Part shown: positions 31,805 to 41,159 of the stretch, one piece after another
Numbering within the stretch: position 1 is the stretch's first letter
Layout of the letters: the number at the start of each line of letters is the position of its first letter
Assembly (NCBI GenBank): GCA_043778625.1
Contig: JAYWFU010000104.1
Span: 3,216-67,215, forward strand
DNA length: 64,000 nt
Direction of reading: 5' to 3'
From: Bacteroidia bacterium
GTDB taxonomy: Bacteria > Bacteroidota > Bacteroidia > UBA4408
Position numbers and translations under genes: made by a program
The notes under the pieces: generated by a model
Databases searched by the model: none
What the model saw: the letters and a program-made list of their open reading frames with translations, nothing else
What the model was told of the DNA's origin: nothing

Positions 31805-32910
31805 TAGGCTAGTAAGGTTTTGTAATTAGCAATAACAACAGCACTATTTTTACTGTAGTACTTTAGTGCAAATTGCCTATTAGCAGTGCGCTGTGCCTGT
31901 GTTGGCTTTGTTAAAACTATTGGTGTAATAATCTCATCCACTACTACTCCTAAATTATTAGTAAGCACTTGCGCCGAACAATCGCCAATGTTATTGGAAA
32001 TTATTACTTGCAACCCGCACGTCAAGTATTCACCAAACTTAACGGGCGAAGCTACTGTGTTAGTAGTGCTTTTCTCACGAAACAATAGGCCATAATCAGC
32101 TTGTTGTAATAATAGTGGTACTTGGTTGTGTGCTACTTTTTGTTGTGTAACCCGAGTGCCAAATTGTTGTTGCAATTGTATAATTACGGAATGTGCATCG
32201 CTCAAAAAAATGATGCTTGCCGTTGGATTATTAACTAGTATGTTAATGAGCAGTTGCTGTACCAAATTTACCGATTGCCAACCCGCCAACGACCCTGCAT
32301 ACACTAGCTGTATAGTATTGGTGGTGAGTGGTGTAATTTCAGTTTTCAAAAACAAAGTATCAACCGTGCAAGGTATTACTACATGAGTAGTAGCGTTGTA
32401 ACCATAAGTAGTTTGCCAACAATTAACCAGCGCATTACTAACTGATAGGCGGTAATTCGCTTTTGTTATAGCGGTTTGCTCTAGCCTTGTAATATCTTGC
32501 AAATTAATGCTACCGTTGCCTACGCTGTACTCCGCTACTTCGGCAGCTATAGCGCCACGGCCATCGTACACTACTTTTATTTTCTTGAGTAACAACTGTA
32601 CTAGCAATGCTATGTTAGTAGCGTAAACACTACGCGCCACAATAGTTTTGGGGTTGTAATAAAGTGTTATTAATAACAATGTGAGCATATTAAGTTTCCA
32701 TAACTTAACCGTTGGAAACATAGGTGCAACTACAGCTTCGGGCAATAGTTGATATATAGTGTGTTTAGTACTAAAGTAATTACGCACCGATACAAACGCC
32801 ACAAGCTTTGTGGGAGTAGCCAATTGGGTATTCCAACAATTTACTACGTCTATTACCTGCGAATTGTAAATTCCGCTAGGCGCATCGTTAAAGGTTACAT
32901 ACAGTACCAC
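31804..32910 (-). CDS. putative glycosyltransferase
   Basis: 368 aa; FGEYLTCGLQVIISNNIGD resembles the GT4 C-terminal motif. In a polysaccharide gene cluster. Confidence 0.4.
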   Translation of the reverse strand: MVLYVTFNDAPSGIYNSQVIDVVNCWNTQLATPTKLVAFVSVRNYFSTKHTIYQLLPEAVVAPMFPTVKLWKLNMLTLLLITLYYNPKTIVARSVYATNIALLVQLLLKKIKVVYDGRGAIAAEVAEYSVGNGSINLQDITRLEQTAITKANYRLSVSNALVNCWQTTYGYNATTHVVIPCTVDTLFLKTEITPLTTNTIQLVYAGSLAGWQSVNLVQQLLINILVNNPTASIIFLSDAHSVIIQLQQQFGTRVTQQKVAHNQVPLLLQQADYGLLFREKSTTNTVASPVKFGEYLTCGLQVIISNNIGDCSAQVLTNNLGVVVDEIITPIVLTKPTQAQRTANRQFALKYYSKNSAVVIANYKTLLA

Positions 32911-32923
32911 TTAATTTTTGTAG

Positions 32924-34009
32924 TTATAGTTTACTCCACACTTCTACAATACGTTGTGTAGCCTTGCCATCCCAAAGGGGTGGTACTGTGCCCGTTTTGT
33001 AAGTGCCTGCCGTTATTTGATTAATGTATAACTTTACGTTGCTGGCATTGCACAAAGTGTTAGTGCCTAAGATGCATGTAACAGGGCGCTCCGTATTATC
33101 ACGTAGGGTAAGGCATGGTACTTTGTTAAAGGTGGTTTCCTCCTGCACTCCGCCACTATCAGTTACTACAAATGCACTGTGTTTAATTAATTTTTGAAAC
33201 GCAAAATAATCCAACGGGTCAGTAAACAATAGATTCTTAATAGCTGTTAGCTCCTGCAATAAACCAAATTTTTGTAAGTTATTGTGCGTGCGCGGATGTA
33301 TAGGAAACACTACTTGATGCGTAGTGGCAATGTGTTGTATTAAATCAACTATTACTGCTAAACCTTGTGCAGTATCTACGTTTGACGGGCGATGCATCGT
33401 CATCAAACAATAGGTATTAGGCATTATGTTTTTATCAGTAAGTATGGTAGCGGCATCAATTTGGGATTTAAAAGCTACCAAAGTATCAATCATTGTATTA
33501 CCTACAAAATGTAAACTTTCAGGATCTTTTTTATCGTTTAATAAGTTGGTGGTAGCTATTTCCTCCGTAGTAAAAAAACACGTAGCAAGAGCATCGGTTA
33601 CAATGCGGTTGTGCTCTTCGGGCATTGTGTTATCAAAACTACGTAGGCCGCTTTCGAGATGCATGAGTGGTATTTCCATTTTATTAGCTACCAAAGCGCC
33701 CGCAAGGGTAGAGTTTACATCGCCCACCACCATTAAATAATTGGGCTTGCCTATGGTATTAATTAATGTTTCGAGCGAAGAGAGTATAGCTGCCATTTGC
33801 TGTAATGGCGAAGCTTGAGGTATGTTTAATAAATAATCAGGCTGGAGATTAAATTGGTCAAAAAAAACATCAGCCATTGCTGCGCCTGCGTGCTGGCCTG
33901 TATGTATTAGTTGTACTTTTAAGTTGGGGTACTTAGCTACTTCGGTTTTAAATTGTGTTACTTTAATAAAGTTGGGGCGAGTGCCTATGAGTATGTATAC
34001 TTTAATCAT
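32924..34009 (-). CDS. wecB: UDP-N-acetylglucosamine 2-epimerase (non-hydrolysing)
   Basis: 361 aa; MIKVYILIGTRPNFIKV... and HLESGLRSFD motifs are canonical. Confidence 0.85.
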   Translation of the reverse strand: MIKVYILIGTRPNFIKVTQFKTEVAKYPNLKVQLIHTGQHAGAAMADVFFDQFNLQPDYLLNIPQASPLQQMAAILSSLETLINTIGKPNYLMVVGDVNSTLAGALVANKMEIPLMHLESGLRSFDNTMPEEHNRIVTDALATCFFTTEEIATTNLLNDKKDPESLHFVGNTMIDTLVAFKSQIDAATILTDKNIMPNTYCLMTMHRPSNVDTAQGLAVIVDLIQHIATTHQVVFPIHPRTHNNLQKFGLLQELTAIKNLLFTDPLDYFAFQKLIKHSAFVVTDSGGVQEETTFNKVPCLTLRDNTERPVTCILGTNTLCNASNVKLYINQITAGTYKTGTVPPLWDGKATQRIVEVWSKL

Positions 34010-35084
34010 TAATTTCAGAAATTTTTCTAAAATTAGTATTTATTGTGTAATTGCTACTTACGTGTTTTAAAAACAAATTAAGTATAGTTAAATTATGCTT
34101 ATTTACCATTTTGGAATGCGATATAAATTGCATATAATTATTATTTTTAATAAACTTACAATAACATTTTAAATTAAACATGGTGAGGAGTTCCACACTT
34201 ACCATTTCGTAATTATTAGTAACTAGTTTAGTGTTATTATGGGGTGTTTTGGCTGCCTGCCCATCACCCCAAGTGGTATAGCCTAGTTTCCATAATAGTT
34301 TATTAACTAACTTACTTTTAAAATTAAACCACTTACTATTAGGGCGTTGCCAAGCACTTATACTCAGTTCAACAAAAGCTCCATTTTTATTTATTGCAGT
34401 AATATCATCTTCAAACCTGTAGATGTGTTGCTCCACTACTGTACTATAGTCGTAGTAAAAATCTTCGTTTAAATTAACGTGCTTATTCAAGCAACTAAAG
34501 TCGTATTTGATGTTGTTACGCTTAAATGTTTCAACTAAAAATTCAAATGGTTGTATGCTCCAACCTCCGGCTCGGTAGCAATCAAATTGAGCTATAGGCG
34601 CAGCTAATATTGTACTTAATAAGGCTTGACTTTGTTGCACAAGGGTGTTAACTGTATTTATATTAAGTGTGTGCAAGCGGTAATTAGTATAGTTAGTTAA
34701 TTGCCAAGTGTTAGTGTTTTCGCTGTAAGTAGCCTTATTCCAGTGTGGATGTAAGTGTATATGTATTTCCCAGCCATTGCGATGCAAAAATTGTAATTGT
34801 GCACAAATACTCTCGTAATCGTACTGGGCGTTAGCGTTATTAATTGTTTGTAATCGTAATAAATAGGTGGTATCAACAAACAAAATGCCCTTGCAACCAT
34901 AGTTTTCTAAAACTGTAAATAGCGCATTGGTAGGTTCTATAAGGCATTTAGCTACTGAACCACTGTCGTGCCCAAGATACAGTTCATAGTCAAAAGTAAA
35001 GAGTAAATGTTTGCTGTTAGATTTCAAAGCTAAATTATTGATACATATAATATCCAAGCGTAAAATTAATTTTTTGTGGCACAC
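34002..35084 (-). CDS. hypothetical protein in polysaccharide cluster (possibly deacetylase-like)
   Basis: 360 aa; FTFDYELYLGHDSGS is faintly NodB-like. Weak evidence. Confidence 0.3.
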   Translation of the reverse strand: MCHKKLILRLDIICINNLALKSNSKHLLFTFDYELYLGHDSGSVAKCLIEPTNALFTVLENYGCKGILFVDTTYLLRLQTINNANAQYDYESICAQLQFLHRNGWEIHIHLHPHWNKATYSENTNTWQLTNYTNYRLHTLNINTVNTLVQQSQALLSTILAAPIAQFDCYRAGGWSIQPFEFLVETFKRNNIKYDFSCLNKHVNLNEDFYYDYSTVVEQHIYRFEDDITAINKNGAFVELSISAWQRPNSKWFNFKSKLVNKLLWKLGYTTWGDGQAAKTPHNNTKLVTNNYEMVSVELLTMFNLKCYCKFIKNNNYMQFISHSKMVNKHNLTILNLFLKHVSSNYTINTNFRKISEIND

Positions 35085-35177
35085 GTAACAATAAATTAAT
35101 TGCCCTTACGATTAGTTGCTTTATTTAACAGATAAAATGTTAAATTAACTGATGAGTTTATCATTAAATAAGCACTA

Positions 35178-35219
35178 TAGTTATTCATTCACAGCACAAC
35201 TAGGACTAGCAGGGGGAAT
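35178..35219. repeat. sub-repeat AGTTATTCATTCACAGCACAACTAGGACTAGCAGGGGG (MITE-family fragment)
   Basis: Matches 1824-1860 nearly exactly. Ends in a degenerate TIR. Confidence 0.5.
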
Positions 35220-35727
35220 TAAAAATTTCATTCGAATTTAAAGTGTGTTTATACAAAAGATTGTCGTAATCAGCCATATTCCATTCTTTAAATTTGTAAA
35301 ATGCTTTTAAAGCATTTTCGTATCTTATAGGAGAAATTATGGTTTGATAACTTAGCCGTGCAAATTCGTTAGCAGTAGCCTCTCGTAATATTTTCCCTTT
35401 ATAATCTGTTATACTCATATCATTGGGAGATATGCCTAATTTATGGTAAGGTAAAACTATTTGACTTATATTTTCAATAAGATTTCCTATGACAGACCAA
35501 CTATTATGATATAATTTTGCATCTAGTGAATAACCTAAAAATAAAATGGGAGATGAAGAGATGTTAGCTAAATCAACAACATGTTTTAAATCCTGTCTAT
35601 AATCAAAAACAACCATAATAAAACAATCTTTTGTAATGGGAAAGTTCACTATCTGACCAAACCCTACTTGATTATTCGATAAAGGAATAGTAAATATATC
35701 TCCTACGTTTAATTTAAATTTTGCCAT
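35206..35727 (-). CDS. hypothetical protein (cassette gene between MITE-like repeats; possible immunity protein)
   Basis: 173 aa; no signal peptide. Bounded by repeat fragments. Confidence 0.45.
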   Translation of the reverse strand: MAKFKLNVGDIFTIPLSNNQVGFGQIVNFPITKDCFIMVVFDYRQDLKHVVDLANISSSPILFLGYSLDAKLYHNSWSVIGNLIENISQIVLPYHKLGISPNDMSITDYKGKILREATANEFARLSYQTIISPIRYENALKAFYKFKEWNMADYDNLLYKHTLNSNEIFNSPC

Positions 35728-35816
35728 TATTATTATCTCTTTTTTGCATTTCGCTTATTTGATAGTTTTCCATCAGGATTTTTTTTGTTTTTCACTCCCT
35801 CTTCTAAGTCAATATG

Positions 35817-35986
35817 CCCCTGCTGGCGCGAGCATGTTGCTCGTGTCCGCTACCATTGTACCAAACTTTATTTTCTTATTTACTATCATTAATTATTACA
35901 ATTAGTTTTTATTTTTTAATGAATACCAGCAACATGCTCGCACTAGCTTATACTACACGCTTACCTAACGCTAGAGCTAGCGGGGG
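35817..35986. repeat. MITE-like repeat copy B
   Basis: 170 bp, CCCCTGCTGGCGCGAGC...GCTAGAGCTAGCGGGGG. About 90 percent identical to copies A and C. Confidence 0.75.
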
Positions 35987-35994
35987 TAGCATGG

Positions 35995-36888
35995 CTAATA
36001 TTTTTCAAGATACTTTTTCCAATTATTTGGATAATCCTCTTTTATTTTTTTAAGTACAAATTCTGGTACCGGAGCATCTCGATAATCAACACCTTTATTT
36101 TTTAAAAAATCTACAACCGCCATCTTTTCTAAATACTTTTTAGAATGTAAAGGTTGTAAATCCTCCCTTAAAAGTCCAACTATATATATCTTTTCTCCTC
36201 CTTCATAAAAGTTAGCTCTGTCAAAAATCATTAACGAATAATCAGCTCCTTTTTGAAGAAGATACAAAACAACGTCGTAATGCTTAAAAAGCAAAGCTTC
36301 GGCAAGAGGAAAAGCATTAAACTCATTTTTATAATTTATATTAGCTCCAACTTCCACAAGCATTTTTACTTTTTTTATAGGAGATTGTGTTTCGGAGACA
36401 TCACTAATCGCCAATAATAAAGGGGTTTGCCTTGTTGAATTACCAACTCTTCTTTCCCCCGTTTCTTCATCGTTTGGATTACCTTTATAAGCCAGCATTA
36501 ATTGTAAAAAAGATGCGTTTTCATTTTTAAAATCTGTAATACCTGCAGAATAAATAATAGCAGATCTACCGTCATAATTACTATGTTTGTTTGGATCTGC
36601 TCCTAATTCTAACAACACTTTACATTCATTGTACTGTTTGTTTTGTACCGCTAACATTAATAATGTTTGCCCAAATATTACCTCTTGACAATTTACATCT
36701 ACCTTATCTTCAATAATTATTTTTTTAATTTTACCCGTGTCTTCATTCTCTACTGCTTTAGCTAAATCCCATACTTGAGTTCCTTGAAACAACCTATAAT
36801 CATTACCTCTTAAGGTAGATTTGTCTATGTCTTCACATGCGGAAAATAATAATGTTAACAATAGCAAAAGAATTGTTTTTTTATCCAT
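35995..36888 (-). CDS. ankyrin-repeat lipoprotein (possible polymorphic-toxin immunity protein)
   Basis: Lipoprotein signal MDKKTILLLLLTLLFSAC from ATG at 36886-36888; the ORF track start at 36903 is a TTG. Several ANK repeats follow (LLMLAVQNKQYNECKVLLELGADPN...). Confidence 0.65.
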   Translation of the reverse strand: MDKKTILLLLLTLLFSACEDIDKSTLRGNDYRLFQGTQVWDLAKAVENEDTGKIKKIIIEDKVDVNCQEVIFGQTLLMLAVQNKQYNECKVLLELGADPNKHSNYDGRSAIIYSAGITDFKNENASFLQLMLAYKGNPNDEETGERRVGNSTRQTPLLLAISDVSETQSPIKKVKMLVEVGANINYKNEFNAFPLAEALLFKHYDVVLYLLQKGADYSLMIFDRANFYEGGEKIYIVGLLREDLQPLHSKKYLEKMAVVDFLKNKGVDYRDAPVPEFVLKKIKEDYPNNWKKYLEKY

Positions 36889-36908
36889 ACGTATTTTTAC
36901 CAATTTGA

Positions 36909-37079
36909 CCCCCCGCTGGCGCGAGCATTTTGCTCGTGTCCGCTACCATTGTACCTAACCTTAATTTTCTTGTTTACTATCATTAATCATTACAATTAGT
37001 TTTTATTTTTTAATGAATACGAGCAACATGCTGGCACTAGCCTCAACTGCACGCCTACCTAACGCTAGAGCTAGCGGGG
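36909..37079. repeat. MITE-like repeat copy C
   Basis: 171 bp. Both TIRs intact. Abuts the gene start at 36888/36903 and the gene stop at 37083. Confidence 0.75.
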
Positions 37080-37082
37080 AAA

Positions 37083-37547
37083 TTATTCTGGAAAAAAAAC
37101 ATATTGCGGTTCCAACACGTATTTATCATTTAATTTTTTAATCAGATTTTCTACAATCATAATTTCACTAATATAATTGTTTTTTTCAAAATTAAAACTA
37201 TAAAAAACATCATCAAAATTAAAACCCCAACTTATAATTGATTTACCGTGACAAATATTTACTTTTCGCCATCCTGCCTCATCTGCTATTCCACTCACAC
37301 CTGTAAATATCAAAAAAAAACCAGAACATTCTGTACTTTTTTTTAATTCATCAAAATATAAAAAAGTCTCTGGGAAATGTTCATTAATTAAATTTTTTTC
37401 ATCAATAACACATTCTAGATAAGCAATGTTTGAAAAATCAATTGCGTCTATTTGAATCAAATTATCAATTAATTTTAATTTTAATTTTAATTTATTCATT
37501 GTACTATTTTTGATAAAAAGGAAAAATTGAGCTTTTTGAATTATCAA
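37083..37547 (-). CDS. hypothetical protein (cassette gene; possible immunity protein)
   Basis: 154 aa. Alternative start MNKLKL at 37499. Flanked by repeat copies C and D. Confidence 0.45.
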   Translation of the reverse strand: MIIQKAQFFLFIKNSTMNKLKLKLKLIDNLIQIDAIDFSNIAYLECVIDEKNLINEHFPETFLYFDELKKSTECSGFFLIFTGVSGIADEAGWRKVNICHGKSIISWGFNFDDVFYSFNFEKNNYISEIMIVENLIKKLNDKYVLEPQYVFFPE

Positions 37548-37669
37548 TATGATTTATAAATACTTTTACCTGGCTTGTAGGAGTATTTGGGGTACTAATA
37601 TTAAAACCTGCGTTATAAGAATATTTTGTAGCATATTTAATTCCATTCAAATCATAAAAATGTTGTTGG

Positions 37670-37734
37670 CCCCCCGCTGGCGCGAGCATTTTGCTCGTGT
37701 CCGCTACCATTGTACCTAACCTTAATTTTCTTGT
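37670..37734. repeat. MITE-like repeat copy D (5' 65 bp only, truncated)
   Basis: CCCCCCGCTGGCGCGAGCATTTTGCTCGTGTCCGCTACCATTGTACCTAACCTTAATTTTCTTGTT is identical to the 5' end of copy C, then diverges. Confidence 0.65.
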
Positions 37735-37899
37735 TATAATTATTCATTAACCTTACTCTTTTCATAAATAACTTCAACTGCTAGCTTAGCCTAAATTATA
37801 CCGCTACCTAAATAATATCTCTTGGTGTTTTAATACTTATGATAAGTATAAATATTAGCATAAAAACATTTAGTAAATATAGTACTAACAACATAAAAA

Positions 37900-37942
37900 A
37901 TAAAAACAGAATAGTCAAATAATATTTGACTATTCTGTTTTT
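37900..37942 (-). terminator. rho-independent terminator downstream of tRNA-Arg
   Basis: Hairpin ACAGAATAGTCAAAT-AAT-ATTTGACTATTCTGT followed by a T-run on both strands. Confidence 0.65.
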
Positions 37943-37943
37943 G

Positions 37944-38016
37944 TGGTCGCGCAGGGATTCGAACCCCGAACCTTCTCATCCGTAGTGAGATGCTATATCC
38001 ATTAAGCCACGCAACC
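37944..38016 (-). tRNA. tRNA-Arg (anticodon ACG)
   Basis: Hand-folded cloverleaf: acceptor GGTTGCG/CGCGACC, anticodon stem TCTCA/TGAGA with loop CTACGGA, T-arm CGGGG-TTCGAAT-CCCTG. CCA not encoded. Confidence 0.8.
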
Positions 38017-38139
38017 GTTATTATTAATTGTGGTACAAATATATTTTAAATTTATTTATATCCAAATAAAAAAAAAATAATTTATTTACCTCTTTATTAT
38101 CGTTTTTTTTAGTCTGTACTGTTGTATTATTTTTAGGTA

Positions 38140-39612
38140 CTACAAACTTATTAGCTTATCGTATAACATAGCCACAGCAAGCGAATCAGCGGTACAATAG
38201 CTTACCAAAGTTTCTTGCATTTCTACAATTTTAAACATATCGTTTTCGGTTTGCAAGTCTTCGTACATGCTTAATGCCTCTGCTCCTGTTTGTATATTAC
38301 ATAACGTATAAGGGTTAGGCATCAGCAATACTTCGGCTAAGTTTTTGAGTTTTAACGACCCTTGCATTTTTTTGTGGTAGTACCAACGGTTGTCAAATAT
38401 CGTTTTCATATCAACCATTTTATTTTTAATGTCCATAATTTGAGTAGCATATTGCGGAAACGCCGTTTTACACCAATTAAGTACATTGTGCTCTAGCCCA
38501 GTATCGTACACTACCAAAGTATTAAACGGGGTGGTATGTAGTATTAAATGCTGTACAAAAGCCAACGTAGGGTCAGCTCCTGTGGGGGCTATGTAAGCAG
38601 TGTGCAATAACTCAGCTTTGTTAGATTGCTTATGGTGCATACTATACAAAAATGGCAATTGCTGATACGCTTTATGCCCTGTAAATAATGGCACTGCAGG
38701 CATTGTTACTTCAAAATCAATAAATGCTAATGGGTAATTAAACGTACTTATAAAACGTTTAATTTCAGTAGTATTTACATGTAGTTTGTTTTCGGTAGTA
38801 GCTTCTATTTGTATTTTTTGGTTGGGGGTTAATGTTGGTTCGTTAGCCAAGTCGCGCATGTGCAATTTACCACGATTATAGTATTCTACCTTGTTGGCCA
38901 ACGACATCTCGCTTATTTCAAATATACTATCGGTGGGTAAATGTTTCCAGCAAGTTCCTTTAAAATCGCAGGTATACGGGGCATAGCAGTGCGTACCAAT
39001 ATCTACCGTAGGTATTGCAGTACTATTAACTACGGCAGTAAGTGTGGTAATGTTTTGGGCAATGGTATCCCATTTTTCAAGGGCTTCCATTTTCACACTT
39101 TGTTTTTTAAACAAGCTATGCAAGTCTACTTTTTTATCCATAACATACGCAGGGTTCATAGTTACTAAAAAAATATCATGCAATTCGGGCAAACAATTTT
39201 TTATTATATAAAACTGCAAGGCTGCGTCGTTAATATAAGTTGGGGTTATTTTGAGAGAACTTTTAACTTCGTAAGCGTACCATTTGCCATTGTCGTAGTT
39301 TAAAATATCAATCATTACCAGTGTACCATTGTATTTAAAGGTGGCTTCGTACAAGGTAGTAATACCAGCGGCTATGGCTAATTGGGTTTGCTGTTCGGCA
39401 GCGGCATAATCGTATTTTTTTACCACAATTTCTTTCCCTTTGGGGAATAATTGTTGGGCAAGTTCGCCCACCTTATGCCCACGGTTAAATAAAGCACGTT
39501 GCTCCATTGATATTTTATCGCGCCATTCGGGGTGATGTTTGTTTAAAAATAATGCTTTAGTGCATTGTAAACCCTTAATGTAGGTAGATTTACTAAGTAT
39601 ATGCTTTGCCAA
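38140..39612 (-). CDS. DUF2779-like protein (predicted PD-(D/E)XK/Cas4-like nuclease superfamily)
   Basis: 490 aa; N-terminus MAKHILSKSTYIKGLQCTKALFLNKH matches the LSKS..G.QC.K.L.L signature of DUF2779; recalled from memory. Confidence 0.5.
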   Translation of the reverse strand: MAKHILSKSTYIKGLQCTKALFLNKHHPEWRDKISMEQRALFNRGHKVGELAQQLFPKGKEIVVKKYDYAAAEQQTQLAIAAGITTLYEATFKYNGTLVMIDILNYDNGKWYAYEVKSSLKITPTYINDAALQFYIIKNCLPELHDIFLVTMNPAYVMDKKVDLHSLFKKQSVKMEALEKWDTIAQNITTLTAVVNSTAIPTVDIGTHCYAPYTCDFKGTCWKHLPTDSIFEISEMSLANKVEYYNRGKLHMRDLANEPTLTPNQKIQIEATTENKLHVNTTEIKRFISTFNYPLAFIDFEVTMPAVPLFTGHKAYQQLPFLYSMHHKQSNKAELLHTAYIAPTGADPTLAFVQHLILHTTPFNTLVVYDTGLEHNVLNWCKTAFPQYATQIMDIKNKMVDMKTIFDNRWYYHKKMQGSLKLKNLAEVLLMPNPYTLCNIQTGAEALSMYEDLQTENDMFKIVEMQETLVSYCTADSLAVAMLYDKLISL

Positions 39613-39784
39613 TGTAATGCGTAAGTGTTTTTATATTTTGATAAAGATAGTTATATAGCATTAACCACATAATTAAATTAATAACCAGTTATGTGCTATA
39701 ATTTCACGTTCGTTAATTTAATAGCTAATAAACCATAATTTATAGCTATATTTATTGTAGTTAAATTATAAAACCCTAGAAATC

Positions 39785-40048
39785 ATGAAAACAATAGCTC
39801 AAAAAACAAGTAATGTACTACTTACATTAACGGTGTTATTAACTAGTGGTGGTGCTTATGCACAAGTAGTGGCGGTTAAAGATTCTATAAAAGTTAATGC
39901 AACCACCTCTACCTTATTTGAACAAATTAAAAAAATGGCCGAAAAAGGCGGAGACGATAACATGCAAACAATGCTTATTATTGGCTGTGTAGTACTGTTT
40001 TTAGGAAGCGCTATGTATTTTAGCTTTAGAGAAGCTGAGGGTAATTAA
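39785..40048 (+). CDS. small secreted/membrane-anchored hypothetical protein
   Basis: 87 aa; N-terminal signal peptide and C-terminal TM segment. Confidence 0.45.
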   Translation: MKTIAQKTSNVLLTLTVLLTSGGAYAQVVAVKDSIKVNATTSTLFEQIKKMAEKGGDDNMQTMLIIGCVVLFLGSAMYFSFREAEGN

Positions 40049-40055
40049 AAAAAAC

Positions 40056-40457
40056 AAGCAGGTGTATAAGCCGGATTCTGTGCCGTGCAACTTTCGTTGC
40101 ACGGCGCTTATCATTTATCTCGGCAAGTAATCACTTACTTGCTCTAGCAATCTACCCTCTTTGATGCACTTATTGCCCTAAAGCCTTAGTACCAACGAAA
40201 AGCTACGTTTTCTCAAAGTATATTTGATCTTGCTACGCTTAAGGTTTATCAACTAATGTATTACTACACTAGCTCGGGAGCTCTTACCTCTCGTTTTCAC
40301 CCTTACCCAAGGCATTGCTGCTTGTGGGCGGTTTATTTTCTGCGACACTATCTGTATACGTTTTGCAACGCACCCCAGTTATTACCTGGTAAGCTGCTTT
40401 GTTGTAGTCCGGACTTTCCTCTATGTATTACTACGTAGCGATAAGCTCACCTGCTAT
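40056..40457 (-). ncRNA. rnpB: RNase P RNA (bacterial type A)
   Basis: Minus strand carries the P4 halves GAGGAAAGTCCGGACTAC (5') and ACAGAATCCGGCTTATA (3'). P1 pairs AGCAGGTG with CACCTGCT. About 400 nt. Confidence 0.85.
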
Positions 40458-40751
40458 TTTTTTTAAATTATGTGTGGTTTTCAATGAACAATTATTTCTG
40501 TTAAAAGTAGTATATTATCTACTTCCTTTTTAAACTTTTTTTCCAAACTAGCTATTTTAAAATACTTCCAACATATATTATGTTTAAAATCTTTGTTTCA
40601 ATTTATGCCTTTTTTAAAATAGTGTACAACTACAACAACCATTTGGCTCAAAAAAAACAATACCTACATTTTGCATTTTAAACTTTAAATATGTACGTTT
40701 ATCAAATATAAAAAATAACAACTCATTAATTAATTTATACTATATTATACA

Positions 40752-41159
40752 ATGGCATTATTTAATAGTAAAACAGAAACTACCGAAGCCCCTAAAATAA
40801 ATTTAGTGGGTGCGGGCACTACCATTACTGGTAATATTAACTGTGCGGGCGATATTCGTATTGATGGTGCATTAATAGGAAATATTACCTCAACAGGCAA
40901 AATAATTATAGGTGTATCAGGTAAAATTGAAGGCGATATTGTGTGCCTTAATGCTGATTTATTTGGTACTATAGCAGGTAATATTAAAGTAAATGAACTA
41001 CTAACACTTAAAGCTAGTAGCACGCTAAAAGGCGATATTGACACCAATAAACTATCTATTGAACCTGGCGCTAACTTTACAGGTAAATGTACTATGGGCG
41101 CAGTAGTTAAAGAAATTAAAAACAACGCTAAGCCTTACAATGCCGAAAAAACAGCCTAG
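40752..41159 (+). CDS. bactofilin family polymer-forming cytoskeletal protein
   Basis: 135 aa; repetitive beta-helix pattern G.I.G.I.G (GNINCAGDIRIDGALIGNITSTGKIIIGVSGKIEGDI). Confidence 0.7.
   Translation: MALFNSKTETTEAPKINLVGAGTTITGNINCAGDIRIDGALIGNITSTGKIIIGVSGKIEGDIVCLNADLFGTIAGNIKVNELLTLKASSTLKGDIDTNKLSIEPGANFTGKCTMGAVVKEIKNNAKPYNAEKTA

Noticed and set aside
35814-36053. 79 aa plus-strand ORF (MPLLARACCSCPLPLYQ...)
   Set aside because: Translation of MITE-like repeat copy B. The same reading appears wherever the repeat occurs, so it is a repeat artefact rather than a gene.
35100-37750. Integron (attC cassette array) interpretation of the repeat-flanked genes
   Set aside because: The junction repeats are near-identical to one another and to copies at the Rhs locus, and carry long TIRs like a MITE. 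attC sites are variable with a conserved R/L box structure. No intI integrase or attI was found. The array is kept as a cassette-like finding, but not called an integron.
40256-40438. 60 aa plus-strand ORF
   Set aside because: Lies entirely inside the RNase P RNA gene on the opposite strand. No RBS, unusual composition.
40745-41125. 126 aa minus-strand ORF antisense to bactofilin
   Set aside because: Low-complexity mirror of the bactofilin repeat pattern. The bactofilin reading on the plus strand is the biologically coherent one.
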